DNA of 64,000 nucleotides. Origin: an uncultured bacterium. GTDB lineage: Bacteria > JAJVIF01 > JAGGVT01. Positions 50,744-60,655 of the stretch are shown here, in pieces. How positions within the stretch are numbered: position 1 is the first letter of the stretch; every line of letters begins with the position of its first letter. The position numbers and the translations under genes are program-made. Location of the stretch: positions 781 through 64,780 of the forward strand of contig CBDURE010000001.1 in NCBI GenBank assembly GCA_965369605.1. The letters run 5' to 3'. The notes beneath the pieces were generated by a model, which saw only the letters and a program-made list of their open reading frames with translations, had not been told where the DNA came from and made no database searches.

Positions 50744-50821
50744 GTAGGGGCGCCGCTTGCTGCGCCCCGGTGTGCCGCATTAGACATGGTAACTTCAGGG
50801 CGCAGCAAGCAGCGCCCCTAC
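50744..50821. repeat. long near-perfect hairpin (24-bp stem, 30-nt loop) between convergent genes
   Basis: gtaggggcgcCgcttgctgcgccc ... gggcgcagcaagcAgcgcccctac. Confidence 0.8.
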
Positions 50822-50848
50822 GTAATCCTTATGATATTCATAAACACG

Positions 50849-51805
50849 TTAAATATATCCAAAATGATTGAGAGCATAATAAATCGCAAATGGGAATGCG
50901 ATGATGACATGCGCCATGACAGATCGGAACATATCAATATAATTGACACGCGCGAGAATGCGAATCTGGATTGTGAGGAAAAATAATTGCGCAAGGATAA
51001 TTGAAATCTTTATTATCAACGGAATAGCTGTGTAATAGCCTTTCCATGGGCTGTCCAGAAGATAATCTGAATGCCTGTTTAGAAGTTGATTTGAAATATT
51101 AAACAGAGCGAGAAGAGTTCCAAGAAGAAGGAATTCACCATACAGCATGGAACATATCGCCCGGCTGGTTCTTTCGAGTATGCCGCGGCCGCGTACGATA
51201 ATCGCGCCGAGCTGAAGTATCACTGTGTATAAAAGCAGCAGCCACGGGAAAACCATCACAATTGCAGCCATGCTTATCATGAGGAATGTTCCAAGCGGTA
51301 TTTCAGATTCCCAAACTACAATCGGTTTGCTTCCTCTCGACAAAAACACCACGACACAAAACGCGATGAACGAAAGCGTTGTCCATAAAACGGGCTGGAT
51401 GAACGATGTCCATCCCAAACGGTATGGCTGAGTGTCAACGAATTTCGCTGGATTTGTAATTAGCAGGGGGAATCGTGCCATGAAATCGGTGAGGAATTCA
51501 TCCGGTATGTCCGGATTCTCCGGTGTTTTTAATCCGCAGACCTGGCAGATTTCAAGTCCCTCGATATCCTGCCCGCACCTGATGCATCTATAGATTTCCT
51601 TTGTTTCCTCAAATATTTCATACGCGTCAGTTGGGCGGTCAGGTGGAGATTCGATATCGCGTGTTTGCATTTCTTTTTGTGGAGGAGAAATGTCTCCCAG
51701 GAAAAAACCGCATTCAGCGCAGTACCGCGCCTCGTGGAGGTTGTTATGGCCACACTTGGTGCAGGAGTTGCCGCGATGTTCATATTTCGAATCAGCGTTG
51801 TTCAC
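50849..51805 (-). CDS. zinc-ribbon domain-containing membrane protein
   Basis: Two CxxC...CxxC ribbons (CTKCGHN...CAECG and CIRCGQ...CQVCG), followed by several TM helices. Confidence 0.55.
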   Translation of the reverse strand: MNNADSKYEHRGNSCTKCGHNNLHEARYCAECGFFLGDISPPQKEMQTRDIESPPDRPTDAYEIFEETKEIYRCIRCGQDIEGLEICQVCGLKTPENPDIPDEFLTDFMARFPLLITNPAKFVDTQPYRLGWTSFIQPVLWTTLSFIAFCVVVFLSRGSKPIVVWESEIPLGTFLMISMAAIVMVFPWLLLLYTVILQLGAIIVRGRGILERTSRAICSMLYGEFLLLGTLLALFNISNQLLNRHSDYLLDSPWKGYYTAIPLIIKISIILAQLFFLTIQIRILARVNYIDMFRSVMAHVIIAFPFAIYYALNHFGYI

Positions 51806-51852
51806 AGTTATTTTGTATTGTCTGATTTTACCACAAAATTTTTACCGTTCTG

Positions 51853-51955
51853 CGCGCAGCGAAGAATCTATGCGCGATAACATAAATATTTCTCATTAGA
51901 TATAATCATCAACAAAGTAGCATATAGATTCTTCGCTGCGCTCAGAATGACAATG
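51853..51955. repeat. GTCATTC-family hairpin element
   Basis: An inverted repeat (cagcgaagaatctat / atagattcttcgctg), plus ttcgctgcgctcagaatgaca, which matches 15605-15627. Confidence 0.55.
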
Positions 51956-52159
51956 TATCCTGTTTACATCAAGGTTCTAAGGCATTTCCCAAGCGGCGTC
52001 CCTACACATGGCGCTTTTTAATGTCCCAGCCATGCTCCCGATACCGGAATGTATTTTAATGAAGACTTTCAACCTTAATAAACCGGATTAACAACAAATC
52101 GCAATTTAAAGTGAAATTATATACAGGAAATATATTTCAGATGAAACAGGTGATTTATC

Positions 52160-52609
52160 ATGGACCCTCAGGGTGCGTTAAATCCTGAAATGATTCGTTA
52201 CGCGGAGTACGCATATTTCGCAGGTGGAATAGCGGTGATAATTCTGGGTGGTGCCGGGACGATATTCCTTATTCTGGGAATACTGCAGATTAAATTCCTG
52301 AAGCCATTCAAACAAAAGTATCCCTATGAGCAATTTCATAGCTTTGAGGAATTTGCCAGCCAGAAACCGGCTAATCCCGATGGCACTCCGGGAGTATTAG
52401 ACCCACAGGAGCGAATTCAACGCAAGGAGGAGGTAGCAACGGACTCTCCCGTTTTAACATGGGAAAATGCTCCGGACGCGATTGAATCCTTGACAAAGGA
52501 TGATGTGGAATCAATTCAGGAGAACACATCAGCGGATAATGTTTCCTCCACACAGGATGCTGACTCCGAAGAGACACCTGAAAAGAAAGAAGAAATTCCT
52601 GTCGGTTAA
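52160..52609 (+). CDS. hypothetical membrane protein with acidic C-terminal tail
   Basis: 149 aa. One N-terminal TM helix, then a D/E-rich C-terminus. Confidence 0.45.
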   Translation: MDPQGALNPEMIRYAEYAYFAGGIAVIILGGAGTIFLILGILQIKFLKPFKQKYPYEQFHSFEEFASQKPANPDGTPGVLDPQERIQRKEEVATDSPVLTWENAPDAIESLTKDDVESIQENTSADNVSSTQDADSEETPEKKEEIPVG

Positions 52610-52658
52610 CTCTACCTCTTCGCTTTTTTTTATATTCAGTCTTTGAGACAATAACGTC

Positions 52659-53954
52659 ATGGATTCAACATGCATTATATCCGCACGGATTGCCGTTACG
52701 ATGTGTTCCGCTCCCATACCGGATGGCGCTGTCGCTTTCAGGGATGGGAAAATAATTTCTGTCGGAGCCAAATCTGAAATCATTCGGGAATTTGAAAAGG
52801 CGCGAATAATCGATGTCGGCGATTTCGTCCTCATGCCTGCTCTGGTCAACGCGCATACACACATTTCACTGAGCGATGCGGGAAAAGTAAACACGAAAAA
52901 ATCTTTTGCCGAATGGTTTGAAGGCCTTATGGCGTATCGAAGGCCACTGGCTGATTCGGATTTTGTTACTGCGGCAACCAACGGATTAAAAGCGCTTATG
53001 CGCAACGGCATTACAACAATTGGCGATTCAGATCCCGGCCTGATTCCTCTTAAATGCGCATTGGCAAATGATTTCAGAGGAGTTTTCTTCTTAGAGGTTT
53101 TCGGCATTGCCGATGTGATTCAATTGTTCGCAATCTGGAAATATAAACGGGAGATGAAAAAAGCGAGTAAACTCGCAAACGAAATCACGCGCGTGGGAAT
53201 ATCTCCGCATACGCCATATACGGTAACTCCATCTGTTCTGAGATTTGCATCTAGTTATGCGAACCAGAACAAGCTGCCTGTAAGCATGCACGTTGCAGAA
53301 AGCAGGGGTGAGATTGAATTTATGCGCTCAAGAGATGGCGAATTAAGAAAGCTGTTCTCTCCGTTTGAGCGCCGTATCCCAACCACTGAACTGACGCCGC
53401 TTAATTACGTCGATTCAAACGGAATAATCAACAATCGTTTTATCTGCGCGCATGGAGTTCATCTGACCGATGATGAATTCAAACTTCTGGCGAGACGCTC
53501 AGGCAGCCTGGTTACATGCCCGTCGAGTAATCACAATCTTCACGCGGGGCATCTTGATATTCGTAAACCTCTGAACGCCTCTGTGAACCTGTGTGTGGGA
53601 ACTGATTCACCAGCATCCGGTGATGGTTACGACCTTTTCCATGAATTAAGGCTTGCGCTGCGAATTCCTGCTGGCGATAAAATTTCAATTGAACCTGTGA
53701 AAGCTCTTGAGATGATAACCACGAATCCCGCAAAAGCTCTTGGTTTCGAGGATGATATCGGCACGATTGAACCCGGCAAATCAGCTGATTTAATCGCGCT
53801 TAAAATGCCCGGTGGTTTCAATTGGGATGCGGATGATGTCCACGATGCGATTGTTCAACAGATAACCGGCGATGATGTGATGCTGACGATTTCATCGGGG
53901 AAAGTGCGTTATTCCAGGTTAAGTGATGTTCCGATTGAGAGTCCGGTTGTGTGA
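52659..53954 (+). CDS. amidohydrolase-superfamily deaminase (MtaD/SsnA-like; possibly aminodeoxyfutalosine deaminase)
   Basis: The metal-binding motif PALVNAHTHIS and the downstream GTDSP block are typical of cytosine/MTA/guanine deaminase-like amidohydrolases. Confidence 0.65.
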   Translation: MDSTCIISARIAVTMCSAPIPDGAVAFRDGKIISVGAKSEIIREFEKARIIDVGDFVLMPALVNAHTHISLSDAGKVNTKKSFAEWFEGLMAYRRPLADSDFVTAATNGLKALMRNGITTIGDSDPGLIPLKCALANDFRGVFFLEVFGIADVIQLFAIWKYKREMKKASKLANEITRVGISPHTPYTVTPSVLRFASSYANQNKLPVSMHVAESRGEIEFMRSRDGELRKLFSPFERRIPTTELTPLNYVDSNGIINNRFICAHGVHLTDDEFKLLARRSGSLVTCPSSNHNLHAGHLDIRKPLNASVNLCVGTDSPASGDGYDLFHELRLALRIPAGDKISIEPVKALEMITTNPAKALGFEDDIGTIEPGKSADLIALKMPGGFNWDADDVHDAIVQQITGDDVMLTISSGKVRYSRLSDVPIESPVV

Positions 53955-54128
53955 ATTGCCGATGAAATCATGCGTTTCACCCTCAACCCAGCACCACAAC
54001 ATTCACCTGGTAGAGATAAGATTTAATGCTATTAATGGCCATTGGGTTTGATGCATTCTGAATGCAACTTAGCATTAAATCAACGTAACGTCGTTTTGAA
54101 TTAGTTTAATGCCTTTCCTGAAATGCTC

Positions 54129-55607
54129 TTAAGCGTGGTGTTGTTTACGTGATAGGGGAAGCCGGATTGCGAATGTAGTACCTTTTGTTGATGTCTTCTC
54201 AATCACGAGTGTTCCGCCGTGTTGCTTGATAATCGTCCTGCTGGCAGGCAAACCAAGTCCGGTTCCCTGTCCGGGGTCTTTTGTTGTGAAAAACAAATCG
54301 AATATTTTTTCGAGGTTCTCCTCTGCAATGCCTGAACCTGTGTCGGAGATTCGAACTATTATTTCTTGCGTGGCAAAGTCATATTCAGTGCTGAAAGTGA
54401 TAGTGCCCTTTTCCCCCACAGCCTGCGCGGCGTTTAGAAACATATCGTGCAGCACCTGTTCTATTTTTCCTGAATCACAACTGATAATGGGAATAAAAGT
54501 ATCCAGGTCAAGATCTATCTTTAACAGATTGTAGTGGGGTTTGAAGAAGGCAACTGTCTGGTTCACGAGGATGTTTATGCTGATTTCACCTTCGACATCA
54601 ACATCTTTTCTGGAATAGTCCAGAAGCCCTTGGGCAACTTTGCTTATTCTCTCAAGATTATGAAGAATGATATCGATAGAATCCGTACTCCTGTGGTTTT
54701 TTTCAGCCTTCATTTTCATCATCTCCATCCTGCCGGTGATAGTGGTCATCGGGTTATTTATCGTATGCGCGACACCAGCCGCAATTTCACCGATGGATGC
54801 GAGTCTGCTTGTTTCCTGAAGTTTTTCCTCGATTAGGAGTTTCTCAGTGCGGTCCTCAATCAGAATTGCGACTCCCTCGATTAAGCCCTCAGGCGAGAAT
54901 AATGGCGTTTCTATTACGTTCACGATTGGTTTGGAATTGTCATCAGCAAGAAGCGGAATATTTTCCAAATCGGATTTGCGGCCCGAAAGCCCTAATTCAA
55001 TAACCTCAATTATTTTTTGATTGAAAACAGGCTCGTATTTATCGATGTTTTCGCCTTCCTGCAGCTGAATTTTCGTTTGAAATCCTATCTTGAGCATTAC
55101 GTTGTTGATAACAGTGAGGTTGCCATCGACATCGAGACAGAAAATACCAATAGGGGCGTGGTTGATTATCGTGCCGAAAAACTCCCTTCTTTTGCGAACT
55201 TCCTCCTCGTGTTGTTTCAGGTATGTTCTGTCGGATGCGCAAAACAAAATCATGAAATCATCGTTGGAATCCTCGCCGGGGATGATGCTGGCTGATACTG
55301 ATGCCGGAAACGACGCATCTTCACCTTGCATGAGAAGTTCACCATGAAAGAAGCCATCGTTTATGATTGTAATCAGAATATCCTGAGTGAGGTCAGCAAG
55401 GTTTGAATCGAATAGTTTGGTAAAACGTTGTCCTGTCAGATTGTCGGGACTTGTTCCAATTTTAGCGGCAAGAGTATCGTTTGCCCAGACAATCTGCGCA
55501 TTGCAATCTATCAGGGCGATGAAATCATGGCTTGCCTGAAATGCTCTGACAATGTTATTTGCCAATTCAGGATTATTTATCTCTGCCAATTTCGTACCAC
55601 CCAGCAA
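54129..55607 (-). CDS. PAS-domain sensor histidine kinase
   Basis: H-box GVAHTINNPMTTITG and a HATPase_c G-box (DTGSGI...GTGLGL). Two PAS-like segments upstream. Confidence 0.8.
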   Translation of the reverse strand: MLGGTKLAEINNPELANNIVRAFQASHDFIALIDCNAQIVWANDTLAAKIGTSPDNLTGQRFTKLFDSNLADLTQDILITIINDGFFHGELLMQGEDASFPASVSASIIPGEDSNDDFMILFCASDRTYLKQHEEEVRKRREFFGTIINHAPIGIFCLDVDGNLTVINNVMLKIGFQTKIQLQEGENIDKYEPVFNQKIIEVIELGLSGRKSDLENIPLLADDNSKPIVNVIETPLFSPEGLIEGVAILIEDRTEKLLIEEKLQETSRLASIGEIAAGVAHTINNPMTTITGRMEMMKMKAEKNHRSTDSIDIILHNLERISKVAQGLLDYSRKDVDVEGEISINILVNQTVAFFKPHYNLLKIDLDLDTFIPIISCDSGKIEQVLHDMFLNAAQAVGEKGTITFSTEYDFATQEIIVRISDTGSGIAEENLEKIFDLFFTTKDPGQGTGLGLPASRTIIKQHGGTLVIEKTSTKGTTFAIRLPLSRKQHHA

Positions 55608-56709
55608 ATATTTTTATGAATTCAATCCACGCGCCGTGCAAATCATCTGATTCCAATTCCTCGAGTTTTATCTTACCAATGCAAACAGGATAAACCCAAC
55701 GGATATCATTGGAGCGTTTCTTGTCGTGACAGATGAAATCATGCAATATGTTCCATTCAAGGTCAATAGCGCGATTAACATTATCGGCTGGAATTGCATT
55801 TGCAATAGGCATGAACAGATTACGGATTTTTTCAAAATCCTCATCAGGCATGTCGTGATTGTTATTTGATACCCATGAAATAAACAGCGTTCCAATGCAG
55901 ACAGCTTCGCCGTGGGTTATATGTTCAAATCCCAGCGCGGCTTCCAGCGCGTGTCCGAGAGTGTGTCCGAGATTCAGTACGATTCTCCCCGCGCGGTCAA
56001 ATTCATCCCGCTCGATAACATTCGCTTTAAATCTGCATGATTCCTCTATTACTACGGCAATTGTATTTTCATCCTTCGCAAGCATTTTTTTGCGGACTTC
56101 ATTATCCCATATTGAGAAATTCTCGTTTCCGGGAAGAATTGCCATCTTCATGATTTCAGAAAGTCCGCCAAGGTAATTTCTCTCTGATAGTGTTTTTAGA
56201 AATTCAGGATCTATAAAAACCAGTGATGGCTGATGAAAAGCGCCTATCAGGTTTTTTGCGCCGGTGAAATGAACAGACGTTTTCCCGCCGATACAGGCAT
56301 CCGCCTGCGCTAGTAAAGTTGTTGGAACACAGGCCCATCTTATGCCTCGCATGTATGTCGCCGCGACCAGTCCCGCGAGGTCATTAACAACCCCGCCGCC
56401 CAATGCGATGATGATATCATTGCGAGTGAAATTCCGCTCAGCAAGGTACTCTATTAATAGAGAGTAGTTTTGTATATTTTTTGATTTTTCCCCGGGCGGG
56501 ATTGGGTACGTTTCAGCATCCAGAGGAATATTTCGAAAACGATAATCAACTTCATCGTAGTAATATCGCTGGACCTCGGCGTCAGTTACAAACAGAACTT
56601 TTGAATATCCGCCAAGCTGTTTCAACCTTGCGGGAATTTGCGATACGCATCCCGATTCGATAATAACCGGATATGAACCTGATGAAACTGTTACTTGAAA
56701 TTCAGCCAT
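55573..56709 (-). CDS. aroB: 3-dehydroquinate synthase family protein (AroB-like)
   Basis: GGGVVNDLAG...ACVPTTLLAQADACIGGKT is the DHQS NAD/metal-binding signature. Overlaps the kinase gene by 35 nt. Confidence 0.65.
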   Translation of the reverse strand: MAEFQVTVSSGSYPVIIESGCVSQIPARLKQLGGYSKVLFVTDAEVQRYYYDEVDYRFRNIPLDAETYPIPPGEKSKNIQNYSLLIEYLAERNFTRNDIIIALGGGVVNDLAGLVAATYMRGIRWACVPTTLLAQADACIGGKTSVHFTGAKNLIGAFHQPSLVFIDPEFLKTLSERNYLGGLSEIMKMAILPGNENFSIWDNEVRKKMLAKDENTIAVVIEESCRFKANVIERDEFDRAGRIVLNLGHTLGHALEAALGFEHITHGEAVCIGTLFISWVSNNNHDMPDEDFEKIRNLFMPIANAIPADNVNRAIDLEWNILHDFICHDKKRSNDIRWVYPVCIGKIKLEELESDDLHGAWIEFIKIFAGWYEIGRDK

Positions 56710-57537
56710 TTACCATTTGTCCCGTCTGGATTTAAGCGTGTTGTTGGCAGTGCGAATGAGAATTTCATCGCTGCCGTATTCATCCTTTTTAAGCCCTATC
56801 TTTTCCCTGATTCCATTTGCGATTTGCTCCGCCATCTCCCGCCTTTGGGATAGTTGCAACTGATGCCTTCGGCTCATGAACATTTCGATTACTCTGGCAT
56901 CCTCATCTTTGAGCTTTTGGAATCTGGCATCCAGTTTAGCGTTGTTATTTGCCTGTTTGCCGGATGTGGATTTCAGATAATGGTCAAGGTCAGCCAGCGT
57001 GATACTTCTGTCGCGCACGACAATTGTGCCGGCGGCGAAATCACCCGGCCGTTGGCTGAGTTTGGAAAGAAAGAGAATTAGGAATCCGATAGCGAAAGAA
57101 AACAGGAGGATATCTACAACGCGCATGAGATTCCTAATCGCTGATGAGGCAAGGTCAACCGGCAGTCCGCCATAGCGCATTACCCGTATGTGCATAATGC
57201 GTTTTCCGGGAGTCTGCCCGTTCCATTTATATTCCAGATAAATATAGTAGCCGAATGACGCAAGGAATCTAAGTATAACCTCAGCACCGATTGCGACTGA
57301 CCATAGGTAATAATCCTCGGATTGTACGATGGCGAAAATCATAGACCAAATGAACGAAATCAGAACATTAAGAAGAACGATAATTATCAGGTCGATAAAT
57401 GCCGCGGCAAATCGCGAACCCAAACCCGCTATGGGGAAATTGAGTTCAACTCGTTCAGGAGTAACAACTTCAATGAGGTCTTCATCAAATGGCATATCAA
57501 GGCTTATTATACTAGAAAGTCGCCCCTGAAAAACCAT
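56710..57537 (-). CDS. RDD-family membrane protein
   Basis: GLGSRFAAAFIDLIIIVLLN resembles the RDD-domain consensus. Confidence 0.55.
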   Translation of the reverse strand: MVFQGRLSSIISLDMPFDEDLIEVVTPERVELNFPIAGLGSRFAAAFIDLIIIVLLNVLISFIWSMIFAIVQSEDYYLWSVAIGAEVILRFLASFGYYIYLEYKWNGQTPGKRIMHIRVMRYGGLPVDLASSAIRNLMRVVDILLFSFAIGFLILFLSKLSQRPGDFAAGTIVVRDRSITLADLDHYLKSTSGKQANNNAKLDARFQKLKDEDARVIEMFMSRRHQLQLSQRREMAEQIANGIREKIGLKKDEYGSDEILIRTANNTLKSRRDKW

Positions 57538-57571
57538 GTTTTAAGATATTGCGTTTCATAAAAATATCTTT

Positions 57572-57750
57572 TCCCGGGAGCGCTGGTCTCTGACCGGCAC
57601 CTGAACGGGCTAACTAAAATGTAAAAACGGGAATCTTACAAACATGGTTGATTAACCCAACGCAAATCTTTTGGTATCTTGTATGTTAGATAAGCTCAAT
57701 TGATTTCTATTAACCTTGTCCAGGTGCCGGTCAGAGACCAGCGCTCAGGG
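57572..57750. repeat. 31-bp terminal inverted repeats enclosing ~117 bp (MITE-like or structured element) in a divergent promoter region
   Basis: cccgggagcgctggtctctgaccggcacctg ... caggtgccggtcagagaccagcgctcagggg, 29/31 bp complementary. Confidence 0.8.
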
Positions 57751-57820
57751 GAAAAGAATTGTAGAACGCTACATTTTAAAATATGGTTTTTAAGAAACGA
57801 GTGTAAAAATATCTGTTAGA

Positions 57821-58831
57821 ATGGTTGATGTGGGAAAACGTGAATTCATAGCGTCGAGACGGCACAGCTGGGAGGAGACCGAAAACCTGCTGCGACGGAT
57901 TCGCAGGCACGGCATGAAATCGTTGAATGAGGAGGAACTTCTAAGGCTGGGGATGCTTTACAGGCAGGCAGCGGCTGATCTTGCAAAGGCGCGCGCGGCT
58001 GAACCGTTCGGGGATGTTACTCTTTATTTAAACCGCCTTGCCGCAAACACACACTCCGTGATTTATGTCGATCAATCACGGCCGTGGGAAAGTTTCCTCC
58101 GGTTCATTTCAGCGGATTTTCCATCACTGATAAGAAGCCAATCGAAAGTGGTTTTGTTTTCAGCGTTGGTTTTTATTTTATCATCGACTCTCGGCTACCA
58201 CTGGATGAACACCGACCCTGAATGGATGAGGCGATTTGTTCCGATGATTAGCCAGGTTATCGAACAGATGTCTGGCCAGTTGGAATCGGGCCCCGCGCTG
58301 TTGGCATCCGGGAATATCTCAAAAGAATCAATGCCGGAAGTCTCAAGTTTAATCATGGTGAATAATATTCGCGTTTCAGCTTTAGCTTTCGCAAGCGGGA
58401 TTACATTCGGGCTGGGTACAGCTTACGTGCTTACCACAAATGGCGTTATGCTGGGAGGAGTAGCGCATTTGTATCTTGCCCGCCCTGTGGAATATGGCAT
58501 TTATTTCATGGCTGGAATTCTGCCGCATGGGGTAATCGAACTGACAGCGATTGTATTCAGCGCAGCGGCGGGATTTATTCTCGCAGGCGCGTTGATAATG
58601 CCCGGAAGCCTCAGGCGTGTCGATGCGTTGAAATATCACAGCAGAAGCGCGATTCGGATAATGTACGGCGTTGTTATCATGCTGGTTATCGCCGCGTTGA
58701 TTGAGGGTTTCATTACTCCGATAAAGGTGGATGGCAATCAGCAGATTGTCGATTATCTGAAAATAGGATTTTCAGTTATCCTTGGTTTCCTTATGATTGT
58801 TTATTTTTCGTTAGCCGGACGAGGCAGGTAG
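57821..58831 (+). CDS. SpoIIM-like (DUF95) integral membrane protein
   Basis: An N-terminal soluble helix pair (EELLRLGMLYRQAAADLAKARA...YLNRLAANTHSVIY), followed by ~5 TM helices. DUF95 genes are commonly found adjacent to RDD genes. Confidence 0.45.
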   Translation: MVDVGKREFIASRRHSWEETENLLRRIRRHGMKSLNEEELLRLGMLYRQAAADLAKARAAEPFGDVTLYLNRLAANTHSVIYVDQSRPWESFLRFISADFPSLIRSQSKVVLFSALVFILSSTLGYHWMNTDPEWMRRFVPMISQVIEQMSGQLESGPALLASGNISKESMPEVSSLIMVNNIRVSALAFASGITFGLGTAYVLTTNGVMLGGVAHLYLARPVEYGIYFMAGILPHGVIELTAIVFSAAAGFILAGALIMPGSLRRVDALKYHSRSAIRIMYGVVIMLVIAALIEGFITPIKVDGNQQIVDYLKIGFSVILGFLMIVYFSLAGRGR

Positions 58832-58863
58832 TCTGTATAATGTTGAGGCTTCTGAAAAAGGAT

Positions 58864-58953
58864 GGATTCCGGCTTTCGCCGGAATGACAAATTCTGGAAT
58901 GACAAATTCTGGGATGACAAGATAATGTCATTCCGGGCTTGCCCCGGAATCCA
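58864..58953. repeat. composite hairpin/tandem-repeat element (GTCATTC family), inverted relative to 44811-44925
   Basis: attccggc-tttc-gccggaat is the exact reverse complement of 44903-44922. It is followed by (ggaatgacaaattct)x2.7 and the hairpin attccggg-cttg-ccccggaat. Confidence 0.7.
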
Positions 58954-59045
58954 TTTTTAGCTTACGAAAGTTAATATAATTTCTTTCTTTTTCAGAGGCC
59001 TAATGTTTTGATTCTTTTCAATTCCAATATTCGGGGGAATAACCT

Positions 59046-59852
59046 TTGCGTCAGATACAGGAATTCGAAACAATCCGATTGGAATGCGCCGATGGTATCG
59101 GCTTCATGGTCATGGACAGGCCGAATGTTCACAACGCCTTCAACGCGGACATGATCTCTGACATGCTTGATGCGGTCAGCCTGATAAAAGAACTAACAGA
59201 TGAAATGAAAGTGCTTGTTTTGACAGGAGAGGGCAGGAGTTTCTGCGCGGGTGCGGATATCAACTGGCTACAGGAAATCAAGGAGCAGACATACGAGGAA
59301 AATATTCGCGAATCGCTTGAAATGAGCGATCTGATGTACGCTCTTTATTCACTGCCGATTCCAACAATCGCATCGGTCAACGGAGCGGTTATAGGATGTG
59401 GAGTTGGATTTGTCTGCGTATGCGATCTCGCTGTGACGTCCATTAACGCAGTGTTTGCCGTGACTGATGTCCGGGTTGGAGTTTCACCCGCGGTCGCGAT
59501 GCCATATATCGTGCGAAAAATCGGCGAATCCAACGCACGCGAATTGTGCCTGACCGCTGAGAGCATTGACTCTGAACGGGCGCTTGCAATCGGGCTTGTA
59601 CACAGAATTGTCGAGCACGTTGAACTTGACAACGAAGTGAAAACTCTGTGCGACAAACTAATGGAGTGTGGCCCTGAAGCTCTGGCGACAACAAAAAACC
59701 TGATCGAGAAAACCCCGTTGATGTCATTCACGGAAGCAAGAGTTTACACTGCTGAGGTTACTGGAAGGCAGCGTATAAGCGAGGAGGGACAGGAGGGCAT
59801 GGAGGCGTTCATTGAAAAGAGAAAGGCATCGTGGGCGAAGCCCACGTCCTGA
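59046..59852 (+). CDS. enoyl-CoA hydratase/isomerase (crotonase) family protein
   Basis: LVLTGEGRSFCAGADINWLQE is the oxyanion-hole motif. TTG start. Confidence 0.75.
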   Translation: MRQIQEFETIRLECADGIGFMVMDRPNVHNAFNADMISDMLDAVSLIKELTDEMKVLVLTGEGRSFCAGADINWLQEIKEQTYEENIRESLEMSDLMYALYSLPIPTIASVNGAVIGCGVGFVCVCDLAVTSINAVFAVTDVRVGVSPAVAMPYIVRKIGESNARELCLTAESIDSERALAIGLVHRIVEHVELDNEVKTLCDKLMECGPEALATTKNLIEKTPLMSFTEARVYTAEVTGRQRISEEGQEGMEAFIEKRKASWAKPTS

Positions 59853-59893
59853 GCGAACGAAGCGAGTCGAAGGGGAAACAAAACGAGTCAAGA

Positions 59894-60646
59894 ATGCACA
59901 ACCTATCCGGGAAAATAATACTCGAACTTAAAGATGTCGATTACACTCATCCGAGCAGTTCCGATGCCAGCAGCGAACCTGCGTTGAGAAAAATCAATTT
60001 CAAAATCCGCGAGGGCGATTCAGTATCGGTCATAGGCCCATCTGGATGCGGCAAGTCCACTCTCCTTCGGCTTTTAAACAGAATGGCTGACCCTGATAAT
60101 GGCCAGATTTTCTATAATGAAAAACCATTGAAAGAACATGACGTTCTCAAACTTCGACGTGAGATTCTTCTTGTTCCTCAGGAAATATTTATCGCGCCGG
60201 GTACACTCGCTGACAATCTGAGAATTGTTAAACGCGATGAGGAAATAACCGACGATGAATTGCATCGTGTTCTGAATTCAGTAGGACTGGGCGGCAAGTC
60301 GCTGCAACTGGATTCAACAAGCATGTCAGTCGGCGAGAAACACCGCCTTGCACTCGCGCGGGCGTTTTTACTGAAACCGAAAATTCTCCTTCTGGATGAA
60401 CCGGCGGCATCGCTCGACCTTCCAGCCGCGCGGGGAATAATAGATACAATCAGCGGTTTGCATGAAAAATTCAATAATACTGTTGTCATGGTAACTCACC
60501 GATTCAGGCTCGCTAGACGGATTGGCGGGTCTGTTGTGATGATTGATGATGGCCGTATCGTGGAAATAGCGGAATCACGGGATTTCTTTCGCAATCCTCA
60601 ATCGCCACAGGCGCGAAGTTTCATCGAGGATGCGGGTGAGGATTAA
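59894..60646 (+). CDS. ABC transporter ATP-binding protein (FetA/YbbL-like)
   Basis: Walker A GPSGCGKST, ABC signature SVGEKHRLALAR and Walker B ILLLDEP. The ORF is open from 59831, overlapping the previous gene. The Met at 59894 gives a typical N-terminus. Confidence 0.7.
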   Translation: MHNLSGKIILELKDVDYTHPSSSDASSEPALRKINFKIREGDSVSVIGPSGCGKSTLLRLLNRMADPDNGQIFYNEKPLKEHDVLKLRREILLVPQEIFIAPGTLADNLRIVKRDEEITDDELHRVLNSVGLGGKSLQLDSTSMSVGEKHRLALARAFLLKPKILLLDEPAASLDLPAARGIIDTISGLHEKFNNTVVMVTHRFRLARRIGGSVVMIDDGRIVEIAESRDFFRNPQSPQARSFIEDAGED

Positions 60647-60655
60647 AAATAACAA

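Noticed and set aside
50738-50986. An 82-aa ORF (MIVGAPLAAPRCAALDMV...) on the + strand after the radical SAM gene
   Set aside because: It is composed largely of the long GC-rich hairpin and overlaps the convergent zinc-ribbon membrane protein gene. Most likely non-coding.
57572-57750. 6S RNA or another known ncRNA
   Set aside because: The length and closing stem are reminiscent, but the interior shows no obvious internal pairing or central bubble plus terminal hairpin organisation. Retained only as an unexplained inverted-repeat element.
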